This document shows, piece after piece, positions 62,553-64,000 of a stretch of DNA of 64,000 bases. The notes under the pieces are model-generated. The model saw only the letters and a program-made list of their open reading frames with translations. It searched no databases and was not told where the DNA came from. Location: the NCBI GenBank assembly GCA_047495785.1, contig JBLDXI010000011.1, positions 558,001 through 622,000 of the forward strand, written 5' to 3'. A program made the translations under genes and the position numbers. The stretch comes from Lepidodermella squamata (lineage: Eukaryota; Animalia; Gastrotricha). Numbering within the stretch: position 1 is the stretch's first letter; the number at the start of each line of letters is the position of its first letter.

Positions 62553-63585
62553 TCACGGGCTCATGCATTTCTCAAAATTATTGACGCCATAGGCGCTTTC
62601 CGTCAAGTATCGTACAGGACCCGGCGACAGCTGCATGCAGCATTCTAGGTAAGATTTGCCATCATAAAGACCGTCTTTTGTTGTCTAGAACGATGAGAAG
62701 AAACATATCTTAGAAGAATTTTAAATGAAAATATCTATTCATACCAATGATGTAGCTTCAGTCGCCTCAGCTCTTGAGGTGTAAGGGAAGCGGAAGCAAA
62801 ATGAAAATGTAAAAGAAAGGATCGAAATAGCGTGTATCGCGTATGGATTGTCGGATGGATCGGACGAAATGCACGCCAACACAGGCGGGGAGCTAGGAAT
62901 CATCTCGTACACTAAACTGCCAGTTCCCTTCGCAGCATTACAACAGGCGGCAAATGTTGGAAATGTATTCGCCGCTGCGGAAGATTGCTGAAAATCAATC
63001 AAGTTTGCAAGCTGATATACGAGATCATGAGGCAAATTTCACCGTTGTTCCACTTGTAAGGATTGAATTGCACGCCCCAGTGTTAGCCATGCAGAATTTA
63101 AGATTATCTTTCCTTCGGGCCGGTGCCGCTTGTGTCTGCGTAATTTCGCAAAGGTTGTAATTCCCAACAGTGGCCTGCAATTCAACAACAATTCACAGAT
63201 AAACGAGATTTCTGAATAAAATTGACTAAACCTACGGGGCTCGTGCAAGTTTGATCGACAGGACAAGAATTTTCCGACAAGCCAATGCACTTTTTCGAAG
63301 ATAAATCGCAAACATTGGCGGTCGGCGTGCACGTTTGCCCACTCGGACAAGAGCCACCCTTCGCCACGCAACTGCTGGTGGCTGCGTCGCATACGTTAGC
63401 TGCTGCAACGCAGGATGATCCAGAATTGCAAGGGTTCGATGTGGTATAGCAGGCTTGGCCATTCGGGCAGGTTCCAGGCGATTCAGAGGCTGGTGCCGAT
63501 CTCGGACAGGAGGTTGTCGATGATGCTGGGCAAGCTGTAGCAGCAGAGCATGCCGCAGAAGAGCGAGCTGAGTAAGATATTGCAT
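62553..63585 (-). pseudogene. Cys-rich family member CR4 with a 4-bp deletion in the signal-peptide coding region
   Basis: CTTCTGCGGCATGC versus CTTCTGGCTGCGGCATGC in CR3; downstream exons intact (LKFC, FAACC, FCFRFPYT, YLECC, YGVNNFEKC); upstream ATG at 63637 is in frame with the mature part. Confidence 0.72.
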
Positions 63586-64000
63586 GGCTTCGAGTAAGTC
63601 TGAAGATGTAACGTCGAAACGATCGCTTAAATACCATAATTTTGTCCGAATCGTTACGTCAGGTGCCTAGTTCGAACCCGAGATGGCGTGTCGTGTTGAA
63701 CTCGGAACCACGTGACGACCGCCACAGCTGGTTGCGTTTGAGAGGCGTTGACGCGGCCGGGCTGCCTAATGATCGCTAATTCATTGCAGTGAAAGGCAGC
63801 AGAGATATTCAAATGACTTTTCTTCAATCATGAAATTACAGAAAACTTACGACAATGATATACCTAGCTTAAGTCAGCTATAGCACGTAAACATCAAATT
63901 AAATGTTTAGATACGGTCGTGAGATAACGAGGCTATTGTGTGCTCGGCCTACAAACATATGCAACTAACTGCGAAACACTACCAAAACGCCTAGTGTTTT

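Overview
Eukaryotic (invertebrate metazoan-looking) genomic DNA with many short GT-AG introns (~48-60 bp), AT-rich introns and numerous non-autonomous DNA transposons. The species cannot be determined from the sequence alone. Layout: 3' end of an ammonium transporter (Amt), then a tandem array of five NEK-like kinase/pseudokinase-ankyrin fusion genes (1.98-22.8 kb), then a second Amt paralog and a catalytically dead trypsin-like protease homolog. Further on are four members of an unrecognised 4-exon secreted Cys-rich family (28.6-32.9 kb and 58.2-63.6 kb), four GABA-B-like class C GPCRs, a C-type lectin, a divergent Cys-loop channel subunit, a small Cys-rich secreted peptide and a polypeptide GalNAc-transferase. 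The most striking system is the kinase-ankyrin array. It has one near-canonical kinase and four pseudokinase or rearranged copies. Each copy has a single-exon block of 34-aa (102-bp) ankyrin units that vary in number (7, 15, 2, 15, 13), are shuffled between copies and vary mainly at the DARPin-type binding positions. Copies 2-5 each carry a different lesion in the 5' kinase part, yet their ankyrin exons remain open. One lesion is a transposon that could be removed exactly as a GC-AG intron (introner-like). Exon structures were derived by eye and are unverified by transcript data.
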